The notes under the pieces were generated by a model. It ran no database searches. It worked only from the letters and a program-made list of their open reading frames with translations, and was not told the origin of the DNA. From positions 11,897-75,896 of the IMG/VR virus record IMGVR_UViG_3300036766_000032: a stretch of DNA of 64,000 nucleotides; one strand, 5' to 3'. Both the position numbers and the translations under genes were made by a program. This DNA is from a virus. Of this stretch, positions 53,535 through 63,921 are shown piece after piece (the stretch's first letter is position 1; each line of letters starts with the position of its first letter).

Positions 53535-55123
53535 GGTTTGCTACCTTGCAGTTTAGATGGATCAACGATCAACTTGCTAACAATGGAATCCGCAGAAGCT
53601 TTAGGCAGATTGAATGCAACGACAAGAATATCGGACGCTGCTTCCTTCGGAATGATACCCCCTACCACGTCCCTTAGAACTTCTCTCAGGGCAGTTACCT
53701 GAGCTCCGTTCAGGGCAGTGCTCGCCAGAGGAACGTCCGGTGAGATCTGTCCGCCTTCTCCAACCTGCGGCGCGCCTTCCCCAACTGGCGGAGTCCCTTC
53801 CATACCTTGCGGCGCAGTAGGTTCGAACCCCGGCTCCTCCGTCTTGGCGGGTAGGTGAGCCACTTCGCGCAAATAGGTTTCGAGCTCCTGGTCTGGGAAC
53901 AACTCCACTCCCGACCCCGCGAGCTTAGCGATGAAGTCGCTCAGAATCGACAAATCCGGCGTCACTACTTCCCCATGTTCCAACGTTGGATAGTCTTCTT
54001 CCGCGAATCCGTTGACATCCATCAACTTCGGGATCGCGTGTGCGTTGAACACGCTCTTGATTTCTGCGAGCCACGTACCGATCGCAGAAATGAACAGTGC
54101 AGTCTTACTTGTACTAAGAGCATAGCTCCCGACTTTATCGTGCCCAAGAAGAATGAAGTCCGCGAGAATCGTCATCGCCATGCGTTGCTCATAGCGCCCG
54201 ACGATCTCAGTTGTATTGAACTGACGGGAACCCCCAGAGTTCAGCAGCACGAGTTCGAACAACCGCTTACCCGTGGTCACGTCCGAGTCACCCGGCATAA
54301 TGATGCCTTCCTGCTCATCGCGCCGGATATTAGTCACGATCTTCTTCAACTCAGAGAACAGTGCTTGATCCGCCGCTGACGCAGAAGCAGACATGATCTT
54401 AGCGGGCGCATAGATAACCGGGAGTCCTGCCAAGTCGCGCTCTATGCCGATCCCTTCGATCTCTTCAATACGCTTCTTGAAATACCACGGACGGTACGCG
54501 TTGCGCACAACGGACTTGCCTTCCGGATTCCCCTTGTTCGCCGTTGTCCGGAACAGTAGGGACCGCTCAATGGGAATGAATACTTCATTGCCCTTTACCG
54601 GATCTTGCTGCCACGCCCCCTGCACTCCGCTGTTCTCATCGAACTGCCAGCGTACGATCGTCTCCTGCGCTCGAATCGGGATTTTGCGCCATCCGATCTT
54701 ACCATCCTCGAACTTGCTTTTCGAATCTCCCTTCGCGCCGAGCCGACGCTTGTACACCACCTCGTGATATGAGAACCCGTGCGGAAGGAACGTGATGATT
54801 GAACTGATGAGTGAGTCCCAGCTCTGACTCATGTCAAGAATACAGGTGTCTAGGAAGTCTGCTGCTGTCTTTGCTGCTGGAGTGCTGGAAGCCGCTTGCA
54901 CCCGCCACTTGACTTGACGTATGAGCATCTCGATCGCGAATAGCATCGACCCTATGATCGGGTCGTTCGTAGTCATCTCATTGATGACCTTAGAACGATT
55001 GAGCCCCTTTAACTCACGGAGCCATTCCTCTTCAATGTATCCGCCGTATTGCTTGAGCCCAGTCGTACCTAGTTCGCCAATGAGGCGGGAGGGTGTTAGC
55101 GAGTCGTCTACTTTATCAACCAC
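53531..55123 (-). CDS. Portal protein (DUF935-like)
   Basis: E.G.TGL, GFS.HE.VYK, NPEG.S..R.AY..W.FK....E.E.IG.ERD..G.P. Confidence 0.92.
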   Translation of the reverse strand: MVDKVDDSLTPSRLIGELGTTGLKQYGGYIEEEWLRELKGLNRSKVINEMTTNDPIIGSMLFAIEMLIRQVKWRVQAASSTPAAKTAADFLDTCILDMSQSWDSLISSIITFLPHGFSYHEVVYKRRLGAKGDSKSKFEDGKIGWRKIPIRAQETIVRWQFDENSGVQGAWQQDPVKGNEVFIPIERSLLFRTTANKGNPEGKSVVRNAYRPWYFKKRIEEIEGIGIERDLAGLPVIYAPAKIMSASASAADQALFSELKKIVTNIRRDEQEGIIMPGDSDVTTGKRLFELVLLNSGGSRQFNTTEIVGRYEQRMAMTILADFILLGHDKVGSYALSTSKTALFISAIGTWLAEIKSVFNAHAIPKLMDVNGFAEEDYPTLEHGEVVTPDLSILSDFIAKLAGSGVELFPDQELETYLREVAHLPAKTEEPGFEPTAPQGMEGTPPVGEGAPQVGEGGQISPDVPLASTALNGAQVTALREVLRDVVGGIIPKEAASDILVVAFNLPKASADSIVSKLIVDPSKLQGSKP

Positions 55124-55125
55124 GT

Positions 55126-55647
55126 CTATGCGCTCCCCTTCTTTGCTAGCAGTTCATTCTTCTGCGCGCTGCCGTGCGAGCTGCCATAATAGTACGTGAC
55201 TATGGACGCCCATGCCGTACCGAGGGAACCGAGCATGACCAGTAATGCGTCCCCTCCCGCTTCTGGTTTTCCATGAACCAACATCCACCCGAGCGTTCCG
55301 AAGAACCCGAGCGTGACGACGAACGCCAATACACGAGGCGTCCAGTCCTGTGTCGCTGTCTCCCGCTTACGTGCGCTGTCTCGGTCCAGTACGTCTAATT
55401 CTTCGCGACGCACGCCCAGCTCTTCAAGCTTCACAGCGAGGTCCGCTTCAATCTTCTTCAACGCAGCGAGTTGCTCGCCTGTGAGCTCGGCGGTCTCCAA
55501 CGCTTTCTGTACGCGGTCTTTTGTGGGCTCCGTAATGCCTAGCATCTCGCCAAGCTGAGACACCACGGCGCCCGCCCACGGCCCTCCCAATGCCGATGCG
55601 ACCGTCGGAGCGACCTTACCTACAACAGCTCGCCAGTCTAAGTTCAT
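55126..55647 (-). CDS. Holin (3TM/GTA-type)
   Basis: APT.A.ALGGP, DRDSAR.RE, TM helices, YY.GSS.GS..K. Confidence 0.8.
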   Translation of the reverse strand: MNLDWRAVVGKVAPTVASALGGPWAGAVVSQLGEMLGITEPTKDRVQKALETAELTGEQLAALKKIEADLAVKLEELGVRREELDVLDRDSARKRETATQDWTPRVLAFVVTLGFFGTLGWMLVHGKPEAGGDALLVMLGSLGTAWASIVTYYYGSSHGSAQKNELLAKKGSA

Positions 55648-55657
55648 TGCATGACCT

Positions 55658-56122
55658 CTATGATCCAATGCACCAGCCGCCGACAAGGCGCTTGCCCTTG
55701 CCATCATATGGCCGCGCCTGCCCAGAAGCCAGTATCCGGTCGCTCAAGTCTCCGCCGTCGACCGTGACAGACGCATCCATTCTGCCCGGATACGGATCTG
55801 GCCGCATATGATACGCGGACACGACCTTAGCATCCTTGAGTACGATCTCCAGGAACAGCTTCGCCTGTAGTGCTAGCGTCTTTTCACAATCAGTCTTAGC
55901 GCTCAGCTCCGGCGTGTCAATCCCAATGATACGGATGTGCGTCTTAATGTAGACATACGGCCATGGATTGACGTACGCCTCCAACGTGTCCCCATCGATC
56001 ACTCGAATAGACGACAGCGTGTAGGGTCCATACGTTTGAACTGCTCGCGTCTGATCTGCTCGCGTCTGATCTGAGTATAGCGCGAGAAGAACTACTGCGC
56101 TTGCAAATAGAAATTTGATCAC
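55658..56122 (-). CDS. Thermonuclease (SNase-like) with a signal peptide
   Basis: RVIDGDT, IRI.GIDTPE, D.Y.GR, G.A..YDG. Confidence 0.88.
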   Translation of the reverse strand: MIKFLFASAVVLLALYSDQTRADQTRAVQTYGPYTLSSIRVIDGDTLEAYVNPWPYVYIKTHIRIIGIDTPELSAKTDCEKTLALQAKLFLEIVLKDAKVVSAYHMRPDPYPGRMDASVTVDGGDLSDRILASGQARPYDGKGKRLVGGWCIGS

Positions 56123-56139
56123 TCTACTGTTCCTCTAAG

Positions 56140-57060
56140 TTATAAGTCCAACGCCTCTCCACATCGGCACCGTGGGTGTAGAGGCGGATGCTCCGCAGTC
56201 AGTCCACCGACTGACGTCCATGTATCGCCCAGTGCTTGGGACTCACCATTAAGTGATTCACACTCCGGACACAATAAGTCGTCGTCAGCCGCTATCCACG
56301 TTACCTTGACGCCAGCGGGTAACAGGTCCGCGTCGATCGCTTGCTGCCACAGTGCGCGCTGCCCGGCACTAGCTGCCCGGATCGTCTCAGTGCGCGCGAT
56401 CGTCTCAGTGCGCTGCTTCAGCAGCCGCCCGGCATACGCCTCCGTCATGCGCGCGACTTGCGCCGCCGCTCGGCCGTCTTCTATCAGCTGTGTCTCGTAC
56501 GCTGACACCGCCTGCACCTGACGCGGGAGCAGTCCGATCAGGTCGCGGATCTTCTTCGCCTGCTCGAACGGGTGTCCGCCCTTTTCAAAGGCCGTGCGGA
56601 TCGTGGTGCGGATGCCCTCAAGCGTGTTGTCGTTGATCGACTTGATCAGCCCGAACGAGTAAGTCTTCAGAAACTCCAACGAGGCTGGATTGTTCAGATC
56701 GAACCGGAAGCCAAGCTCGGCGATCTTCGCTCCGACTGCCGCTGGTAGCGCCGCTGTCGAGAGCACGCCCGCTTCGTTAAAGATATTCCGCATCTCCTGC
56801 GCGGTCATGGTTAGGTATGCCGATTCGCTGGTGATGTTCAGCACTCTAAGTATCTCTGCCACGCTCCCCGTCTGAATTGCCTTTTCCAACTTCCACAGTT
56901 GGAGGTCTGACTTCAACCGGGCAATTGCAGTAAGAATCTGCTGCCGTATCTTCGGCGCCGCGCGGTCTGCGATGACATGAAGCTTCTTGTAAAATAGAGC
57001 ATCACTCCTATCATCTTTATAGACAGGCGACTTGACACTTCGTAAACGCGAAACGAACAT
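56140..57060 (-). CDS. MuF / SPP1 gp7-like minor head protein
   Basis: TIARTE, W.A..D...CP.C..L.G, PPLHPRCRC. Confidence 0.9.
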   Translation of the reverse strand: MFVSRLRSVKSPVYKDDRSDALFYKKLHVIADRAAPKIRQQILTAIARLKSDLQLWKLEKAIQTGSVAEILRVLNITSESAYLTMTAQEMRNIFNEAGVLSTAALPAAVGAKIAELGFRFDLNNPASLEFLKTYSFGLIKSINDNTLEGIRTTIRTAFEKGGHPFEQAKKIRDLIGLLPRQVQAVSAYETQLIEDGRAAAQVARMTEAYAGRLLKQRTETIARTETIRAASAGQRALWQQAIDADLLPAGVKVTWIAADDDLLCPECESLNGESQALGDTWTSVGGLTAEHPPLHPRCRCGEALDL

Positions 57061-57064
57061 GCGG

Positions 57065-58579
57065 TCATGCCCTCGCATTAGACGAGCGAAACGTGCTCGA
57101 CTTGGTGAGGGAGTGTAGCGTGATGGGACCCTGCTGAGTAGCCTCGTGGATTCGGATATGAAGGAGGAATTGACTCATCGAATCGATCTCATCCCAGTCC
57201 TTACCCTTTGGGAAATCCTTTAGAACCACTTCCAGGTCGAACAACCACGGGACGTTCATACTGGGGTCCGGGATACTTAGAACTCCCGCTTCGATCGAAG
57301 CTAGGTGTCTCTCCATCCTCATCGGTTTGTCTCCACTCGGCTCGACCCCGAGTATTGGCAGCACCTGGGGGTCAGAGTTATGTTGAGAAGGACCCATCTC
57401 CTGAATGATCTGTTGACCGGACGCCTTGTCCTCCACCAGGATGGTATCCGGCTTGAACTTCGCGGCTAGGTTTCGGACCGCAGCTTTCAACTCAGGATAC
57501 ACCAGACGATCCTTGAACAGGTCAATCAGGAACCATTGTGATCCGACTCTCCCGAATGTCTCGCACACGGAGGGATTGTTCATGTCAGCCGCTTTGTTCG
57601 CGGTATCCCATGACTGGATTATCTCATCGAACTTATGTGGAAGAGTCTTATGTCGTCGGAACCAGTCTATCTTGATCCGGTTGCCGCCTTGGATCGTGGG
57701 CTTCTGTTGGTACTGAGAGGTATACCCATACGTTCCGATCGTCTTCTTAATCCGGGCCGTCTCATCCGGTCCTATCCTACTTGGCTGTAAGAGTTCCCCC
57801 TCGGCTCGGATCTTGCGTTTTCCAGAGCGGGGAAAGATCACGGTCGTCTTACTAGGAGATTCGTTTGGGACTATGAGGTGCTCATACCCCCCAATGTCAA
57901 GTAGGTGACCCGTCAGGTCATGGGCGTCCAGTCTCTGCATGACCAGGATTTCCACCGTCGACTTAGGGTCATCCGATCGAGTTGACCAGGTATAAGTGTA
58001 CCAGCGGTTGACCGCGTCTATCTCAGCTCGACTGAATGCCTTGTTCGGATCTATCGGGTCATCAATGATCTTGATCCGGCCGCCCTCTCCGATCGAGGAA
58101 CCCCCGACAGAGACCGCGATTCGATGTCCACCAGCGGAGGTCTCGTAACGTTTCTTCGCATCCTGGAACTCGCTGAGTCCGACGTCCGGAAACGCGCTCC
58201 TATACCACGGCTCTCTCATAACCTTCCGGGTGTCCATCGAATGCTTGAGCGAAAGGTCCGCCACTCCTGACGCTGTGAGGATACGTTCGTTCGGTTGCTG
58301 ACCATGGACCCACGCTGGAAACCCGATGGTCGTACAGATGGATTTCAAGAAACGGGGGCCGATGTTGATTATCAGGCGGAGGATCTCTCGGTGGTAGCAG
58401 GCTTCGAGATACTCACTCATCAGATCAATGTGCCAGTTGTGTCTGTACACCGCCCCCGGGTCGACGGTCCCTAGGACGCGTTTGATCATTGGGGAGAGAT
58501 GCTCCCGGATGGCCCGACGTTCGGCCAAAGCTTCTGCGGCTTCGTACGGATCGATGTCGTTGATTGGTCCCGACGTCAC
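57065..58579 (-). CDS. terL: Terminase large subunit
   Basis: NWH, IN..PR..KS, IIDDP, MQRL, QYQQ.P, SWDTA, VEDKASG, D.IDS.SQ. Confidence 0.95.
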   Translation of the reverse strand: MTSGPINDIDPYEAAEALAERRAIREHLSPMIKRVLGTVDPGAVYRHNWHIDLMSEYLEACYHREILRLIINIGPRFLKSICTTIGFPAWVHGQQPNERILTASGVADLSLKHSMDTRKVMREPWYRSAFPDVGLSEFQDAKKRYETSAGGHRIAVSVGGSSIGEGGRIKIIDDPIDPNKAFSRAEIDAVNRWYTYTWSTRSDDPKSTVEILVMQRLDAHDLTGHLLDIGGYEHLIVPNESPSKTTVIFPRSGKRKIRAEGELLQPSRIGPDETARIKKTIGTYGYTSQYQQKPTIQGGNRIKIDWFRRHKTLPHKFDEIIQSWDTANKAADMNNPSVCETFGRVGSQWFLIDLFKDRLVYPELKAAVRNLAAKFKPDTILVEDKASGQQIIQEMGPSQHNSDPQVLPILGVEPSGDKPMRMERHLASIEAGVLSIPDPSMNVPWLFDLEVVLKDFPKGKDWDEIDSMSQFLLHIRIHEATQQGPITLHSLTKSSTFRSSNARA

Positions 58580-59217
58580 GGCTCTTCTCCTTTAGAAAAC
58601 CGAGTCCGGATGATCGTCTCTAACTCCTCATCCGATAGTTGATCCGTTCCCCGTCGGGTAGTCAGGTTAGCGTTGAGCTCCATCTTCGTCTTGTACTCCG
58701 AACGTTTGGCCTGGAGCAAGAACATCAGAAGCTTATCGCTCCGCTTCTTGACCGAGTACCCGGTCGGAATTCCGTTGTTGGTGAGTTCGACATCATCCCC
58801 CTCCACGGCCCGTCGATAGAGTTCGAACTCAGCCATGTCAACGGCATCGTGGACCGCCTCATCGCAGGACAAGTCGAACATCACGTCGTTTTTTCTTAGT
58901 TTGGTGATCGCTGAATAGGGGATCGCGGAGGCAATGGCGGCCCGTTTAGGGAGACCACATAATGATAGGACTTTCAGAAAGTGTTCTATCTTAAGAGGGG
59001 TGACCGGAACGAGCCCCTTAGGACACTTGAGCCACTTCACTTTAGGGTCGTAGGGGACTTCGGACACGGTGTCCGGATCCGGACTAAGGTCGACGGAGGT
59101 GGGTTCCGGGTAGCAGAAGTCGGGATCGTGGTGAAGGGAGCGTTCATGAGCGATCGATTTTTCGAGTCGCTCCTCATCTCGGGTAAGTTGCTTTTTCTTT
59201 TTTACAGCCTTGGCCAC
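58576..59217 (-). CDS. terS: Terminase small subunit
   Basis: E.EL.RRAVEG, SD.LL.FLL.A; upstream of terL. Confidence 0.85.
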   Translation of the reverse strand: MAKAVKKKKQLTRDEERLEKSIAHERSLHHDPDFCYPEPTSVDLSPDPDTVSEVPYDPKVKWLKCPKGLVPVTPLKIEHFLKVLSLCGLPKRAAIASAIPYSAITKLRKNDVMFDLSCDEAVHDAVDMAEFELYRRAVEGDDVELTNNGIPTGYSVKKRSDKLLMFLLQAKRSEYKTKMELNANLTTRRGTDQLSDEELETIIRTRFSKGEEP

Positions 59218-59292
59218 TCTAATCCGCTCCCACCTCCCACAACTAGTCTACCCAGTTGGCAGCTCGACTACAACCGGGGAGAGGCTTGGTCG

Positions 59293-59305
59293 TAAGTCAT
59301 TGATA
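59293..59305 (-). promoter_or_regulatory. IHF consensus site in the divergent terS/primase gap
   Basis: TATCAATGACTTA matches WATCAANNNNTTR. Confidence 0.55.
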
Positions 59306-59499
59306 AGTAACAATGATTCAGTTGAGGCTTACGTTTTTCGACTGCTGTAAAATGGAAAACCCCCTCGTGAACGGATCACACGAAGGGGGGTCTTGCCACT
59401 CCCCGCTCAGTTACCAGGAGAGGTGAGAGCGGAGATCCCCCTCGGGACTATCGTCAAAGGGGGGTAATCATCTAACCATTCAACCCATCGGAGATTAAA

Positions 59500-61590
59500 G
59501 TGATTAAACGTCCAATGAAGTCTACCAAAACGAAACAGATTAAGCCACCCCAAAAAATTACCCCCCCTGAATTCCCGGAGCTACTATCCACTTATCTGGC
59601 TGACCGGGGAATCGCCCCCGAGCAGGCGGGGGAACTAGGTCTGTCTTACCTCTCCCCGGAGGAGACGAAGAAGGAGACCGGGTCGTCCATGGAGGCAATC
59701 GGGATCGAGTACCGGACCCCGGACGGTTCTAAGATCATAGAGAAGGGCGAGACGTTCCGGCGCTACCGAGTATTCCCAAAAGAGGATTCGTTCTTGGCTA
59801 AGGCCAAGGATCTCCCTAAGTTTCTACAACCGTCGGGAACCTCCAATCACTTATACTTTCCACCCGTGGTGGATTGGGAATCCGTGGTCGCTGACCCGGA
59901 TGTCACGATAGGAATAACGGAAGGGGAACTTAAAGCGATGTGCGCGTGTCTACACGACCTCAGATACATCGGTCTCGGAGGAGTGTATGGATGGATGACT
60001 CGCCAGGACGGAGTAAGCGTTCCCCTCCCCGAGTTGGATCTCATAGTCTGGAAGGACCGGAAAGTCGAGTTGACGTTTGACAACGACGTAAGTTCGAAGT
60101 TGGAGGTAAAACGAGCCCTAAGTTCCCTGCGAAAGGAGCTGATCCGCCGAGGCGCGGTCGTATCCATCGTGAAGCTTCCGGACGACGGGAAGAAGGTCGG
60201 GCTCGACGACTACTTAGTTCAGTACGGACCCGGTAAGTTTGATGCACTCCCAAGGGAAGAATTAAAGAGTGACCCGGTGATCGAAGGGATGAACAGGAAA
60301 CACGCGGCGATAATGGTCAACGGCGCCAGCTATTACCTAACCGAGGAGGGAAGGAGATTCTGTCTATCCGGGGAACGAGATATGAAGATCCAGTACGAGA
60401 GCGACTTGGTCAAGTTCACCAAGCCCGACGGGACCATTCTCCACAAGAGCCGGTTCGACTACTGGCGGACCCACCCGGATCGGCGCCAGTTCTCGGAGCT
60501 TGTGTTCCGCCCGGATGGTTGCGGGCAAAACCAGTTCAACATGTGGCGGGGGTTCACGTACGAACCGAAGCGGGGGAACTGCTCGATTTTCCTGGACCAC
60601 CTGAAACGAAACATCTGTGGGAAGGACCCGGTAGCGTACTCCTACCTGATCAAGTGGATGGCACACACCATCCAGAAGCCGGAGGAGAAGCCGGGGGTTG
60701 CCATCGTGCTGCAAGGGGACAAGGGGTCCGGGAAGAGCATCGTGGGAACGATCTTCGGGGCGTTGTTCGGGTACCACTACATTGCGATAGCGGATCCCCA
60801 GTACATCGTGGGGAACTTCAACAGTTCCCTGGAGGCGAAGTTGGTGGTCCTGGCTGACGAAGCCCTATTCGCCGGCGACCCTTCCATCGACGGGAAGTTG
60901 AAGGCATTGATCACGGAGGACCGACTGCTAATAAACAACAAGGGGATGAAAACCTATGAGACGGATAATTACCTCCGGCTAATCATCACGTCGAACGCGT
61001 TCCACGTCGTCCACGCCACGACCAAGGAACGTCGGTTCTTGGTGTTAGCCGTCCAGAACGGGAACATCCAAGACCACACCTTCTTCGGCAGGATGCGAAC
61101 CCAGATGGATACGGGGGGATACGAGGCGTTGATGTATCACCTAAAGGAGGAGGTGGACCTGACCGACTTCGACGTCCGACAAGTTCCGAAGACCGACGCC
61201 CTCGAGGAGCAGGTCGTGAAGGCCCTTACTCCCATAGAAAGTTTCCTGGTGGAGTTCGTTGTCGGGCCGGAGTTCCCCGCTGACGACGGAATCATTCCTT
61301 CAAGCCGAGTATATGGTCGCTACCAGGAAGTCGCAAGGGATCGCCGGGACCGCCACATCATGGGGGAAGCTGAGTTCGGATCACAGCTAAGAAAATATAT
61401 CCCGGGGGTGTACCGGGGAAAGAAGAGAAGCAACGGAAGACTTATCTACGTGTTGAGGTTCCCATTCCGAGAAGAATGCATGGACCTCCTGAAAGAAAAA
61501 CTAGGCGTCTCCTCTATTGAAGACCTCCTTCCTAAGTGTGAGTTCACGGATACTCCCCCAAAGCGCAAACCCTACATCCGGAAGAAGTAG
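59500..61590 (+). CDS. Primase-helicase (DUF3854 Toprim-like plus D5/DUF5906 NTPase)
   Basis: ITEGELKA, FDND, GLDDY; G.KGSGKS Walker A, ADE Walker B, TSN, RRF. Confidence 0.9.
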   Translation: MIKRPMKSTKTKQIKPPQKITPPEFPELLSTYLADRGIAPEQAGELGLSYLSPEETKKETGSSMEAIGIEYRTPDGSKIIEKGETFRRYRVFPKEDSFLAKAKDLPKFLQPSGTSNHLYFPPVVDWESVVADPDVTIGITEGELKAMCACLHDLRYIGLGGVYGWMTRQDGVSVPLPELDLIVWKDRKVELTFDNDVSSKLEVKRALSSLRKELIRRGAVVSIVKLPDDGKKVGLDDYLVQYGPGKFDALPREELKSDPVIEGMNRKHAAIMVNGASYYLTEEGRRFCLSGERDMKIQYESDLVKFTKPDGTILHKSRFDYWRTHPDRRQFSELVFRPDGCGQNQFNMWRGFTYEPKRGNCSIFLDHLKRNICGKDPVAYSYLIKWMAHTIQKPEEKPGVAIVLQGDKGSGKSIVGTIFGALFGYHYIAIADPQYIVGNFNSSLEAKLVVLADEALFAGDPSIDGKLKALITEDRLLINNKGMKTYETDNYLRLIITSNAFHVVHATTKERRFLVLAVQNGNIQDHTFFGRMRTQMDTGGYEALMYHLKEEVDLTDFDVRQVPKTDALEEQVVKALTPIESFLVEFVVGPEFPADDGIIPSSRVYGRYQEVARDRRDRHIMGEAEFGSQLRKYIPGVYRGKKRSNGRLIYVLRFPFREECMDLLKEKLGVSSIEDLLPKCEFTDTPPKRKPYIRKK

Positions 61591-61724
61591 TCCCGGTAAA
61601 AGCAAGATTCTATCCTCTAATAGTTCTAACCATATTTTTGAGTGGGAAACACCCACGAAACCTTATAGGCGAAGCATATTATGATGTGATGCCATAAATA
61701 TGCTACACCTCTTGCATCTAACCT

Positions 61725-61983
61725 TGAGGCCAGTGGGCCCCGTGGCCAGAGCACTTTTAAAATTGCCCTATAAGGGGGCCACTTTAGTGTAGAACTTCCT
61801 AGGTATATCAACTCACTGGACTCACTGGGAACGGTTCACATCAATACATATTACTCAGATTATCACTCTATTTACTTAATATACTATACCTCTTTATTAT
61901 TATTACTATAAATAGAAGATAAAAGTATAAGAAAGAATAAGGGTCAGTATTAAAAAAGCTGAGGCCAGTGAGTACCCCAGTGA
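61725..61983. other. Putative replication origin: inverted CCAGTG(AGT) iterons around an AT-rich core
   Basis: ACTCACTGG at 61811 and 61820; CCAGTGAGT at 61965; TGAGGCCAGTG at 61725 and 61960. Confidence 0.55.
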
Positions 61984-62513
61984 TTCCCCCATACTCTAAC
62001 TTTTAGTCTAATGGGGTCAGTCTCCATGCATGTATAAACCCCGTACCTCGATTGGAGACCATGTGTCCCTCTTGAGTGCTTGATCTGGAACCTCAAGAAT
62101 TATCGAACATGGCCCCTTTCACCCCGTTCGATTTCCCCCTCATAACATCCGTGGTTTGTACGAGGGGGAAGCCATTTTTCATGGTTTTCGGGCCTCTCCG
62201 GATTAATTCTCAGACCCGAAGTATCTGATACACTCCCCAAAAATAAAACTCTAACCGTCTATTTTTAACGTTTTGAGGGAAACAATTGTCTCCTAAGAGG
62301 GGTCAGTTGTAGGCGGGGGCAGGCGAACCAGATATACGCCCCAACGGCATCCCCAGAGTAGTTTAAACTGACTTTGAAGACCGCCTCCTTTCAAGGAACC
62401 ACCGTTTTAAAAAGGTGTTCCCCGTGAATTCGCGATATATGAGAACCCGTCTCCTTATTTCCATCATTAAAAAACTCGGTAAACGGGGACTATTTTCCCC
62501 AATTCCATAACCC

Positions 62514-62611
62514 ATTGTCCTGCAATTAGATTTAGATGTTTACAAGCTTCTAACCTATATGCGACTATTAATCATCCGCTAAAAACAACCAGGAGAGAAG
62601 ACCATGCGCAA
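62514..62611 (+). repeat. Promoter/RBS cassette B, copy 2
   Basis: Matches 11944-12041 except in the central spacer and a few single bases. Confidence 0.88.
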
Positions 62612-63032
62612 CTTAACTATGACATATAAAAAACTAACCCGAACGGACTACGCGACGATCGAGGAGTTCGTAAGACTACTTGGTGAATACGAGTTCATCG
62701 TATCGAAACTCATGGCGGCTCATCCGACAAGTCTCCCTGGAGGATGGGCCTATGACATGGCGATCAGCGGGAACACGCTTCTTAATTCTCTCGATGGTAT
62801 CAAGGAGTCGGTGGACTTCTTCGCGGAGTTCGACGAACCGATCAAGTTCCTGGTGACGTTCACGATCGACTCACTCAACGGGGAGGTGGCGATGGAAAGC
62901 ACAGTCCGGGCGCGATCCGCGTACGACGCCCTGGAGCTGGTCAAGGAAGCCTCGAGAGGGCACTCGTTCAAGGTGTACCGGAACCCGACGCCGGACCAGG
63001 ATACGACGTGGGTCTTGGTGCCGAGTCCATAA
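62604..63032 (+). CDS. Hypothetical early protein
   Basis: Starts at the ATG of cassette B. Confidence 0.7.
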   Translation: MRNLTMTYKKLTRTDYATIEEFVRLLGEYEFIVSKLMAAHPTSLPGGWAYDMAISGNTLLNSLDGIKESVDFFAEFDEPIKFLVTFTIDSLNGEVAMESTVRARSAYDALELVKEASRGHSFKVYRNPTPDQDTTWVLVPSP

Positions 63033-63042
63033 GTTATTGATT
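63030..63042 (-). promoter_or_regulatory. IHF consensus site
   Basis: AATCAATAACTTA matches WATCAANNNNTTR; intergenic. Confidence 0.5.
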
Positions 63043-63110
63043 CGTTAATGGATTTTTCGGTTTAACTCAGACGGAAAAAGATGTATGGTTTACGAACCAG
63101 GAGCCCACCA

Positions 63111-63428
63111 ATGTTAGAAAGATACAGTTACGAAGTCGTGGCCGACCAAGGCGCCGTCTCCGGGCAGTCCTTCAGGATCCGAGACGAAGCCGATGACCGA
63201 GTTGCTACGTGCTACACGAAAGGAGCTGCTGACCTCGTTGTCCGAGCCTTGAACGTTCTGGACTCGGCCAACGACGCGCTTACGTTCCAAGAGTGGTGGC
63301 CGACTCAACCCGCCTCCCGGCTCCCTCTCCACACAGCGGTCCAGAGAGAACGATACCAGGAGACGTGGGAGTTGTCTCGCAGGGCGTTCTCCTCGGGCCG
63401 GCTCACCACCAAAACGGAATCGGAGTAG
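63111..63428 (+). CDS. Hypothetical protein
   Basis: AGGAG RBS before ATG 63111. Confidence 0.65.
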   Translation: MLERYSYEVVADQGAVSGQSFRIRDEADDRVATCYTKGAADLVVRALNVLDSANDALTFQEWWPTQPASRLPLHTAVQRERYQETWELSRRAFSSGRLTTKTESE

Positions 63429-63435
63429 ACCTACT

Positions 63436-63921
63436 ATGATAGAAGCCAAGCTAGTCCGCGGTCTTGTTGTTGAAAGGGTCCTCGACGAGGACCCGGATAA
63501 ACTGGAGTATTCCTACTACGACCACGTCTCCTTTGCTACCGACGGGAAGGTGGTGTTACACCCGAAGAGCCAGAAGGAGATTAGGAAGGGGGTCCCCGTA
63601 ATCGAGTTGTGTAATTACGGGAAGCATAATGTCTACGTGGCTTACTCCGACGAGGTCGAGGAGCTGATCGGGGTCCCGATCCGGACGATCATGAAGGAAT
63701 TAGTCGACTCCCGTAAGTTGGTGGAGAGATTGATCGGGGAGCACGGCGCCAATTCCATAAACCGTAATCGACTGGAGGGGGTGATAACGCAGGTGAGGGG
63801 AATGGGACTCTGGGGTCGAATAAAATTCCTGTTCGGCCATCGACCCGAGTGGCTCACTTCTTACTCCTGTCCTCCCCCCAAACACTCCAACTGCCGATCA
63901 ACCATCGAGAAGTCCTCATGA
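63436..63921 (+). CDS. Hypothetical protein
   Basis: GGAG RBS. Confidence 0.65.
   Translation: MIEAKLVRGLVVERVLDEDPDKLEYSYYDHVSFATDGKVVLHPKSQKEIRKGVPVIELCNYGKHNVYVAYSDEVEELIGVPIRTIMKELVDSRKLVERLIGEHGANSINRNRLEGVITQVRGMGLWGRIKFLFGHRPEWLTSYSCPPPKHSNCRSTIEKSS

Noticed and set aside
56042-56073. 15-bp tandem duplication in the nuclease gene
   Set aside because: In-frame DQTRA duplication after the signal peptide; no sign of function
59359-59465. tRNA
   Set aside because: No acceptor stem, T-loop TTC motif or cloverleaf
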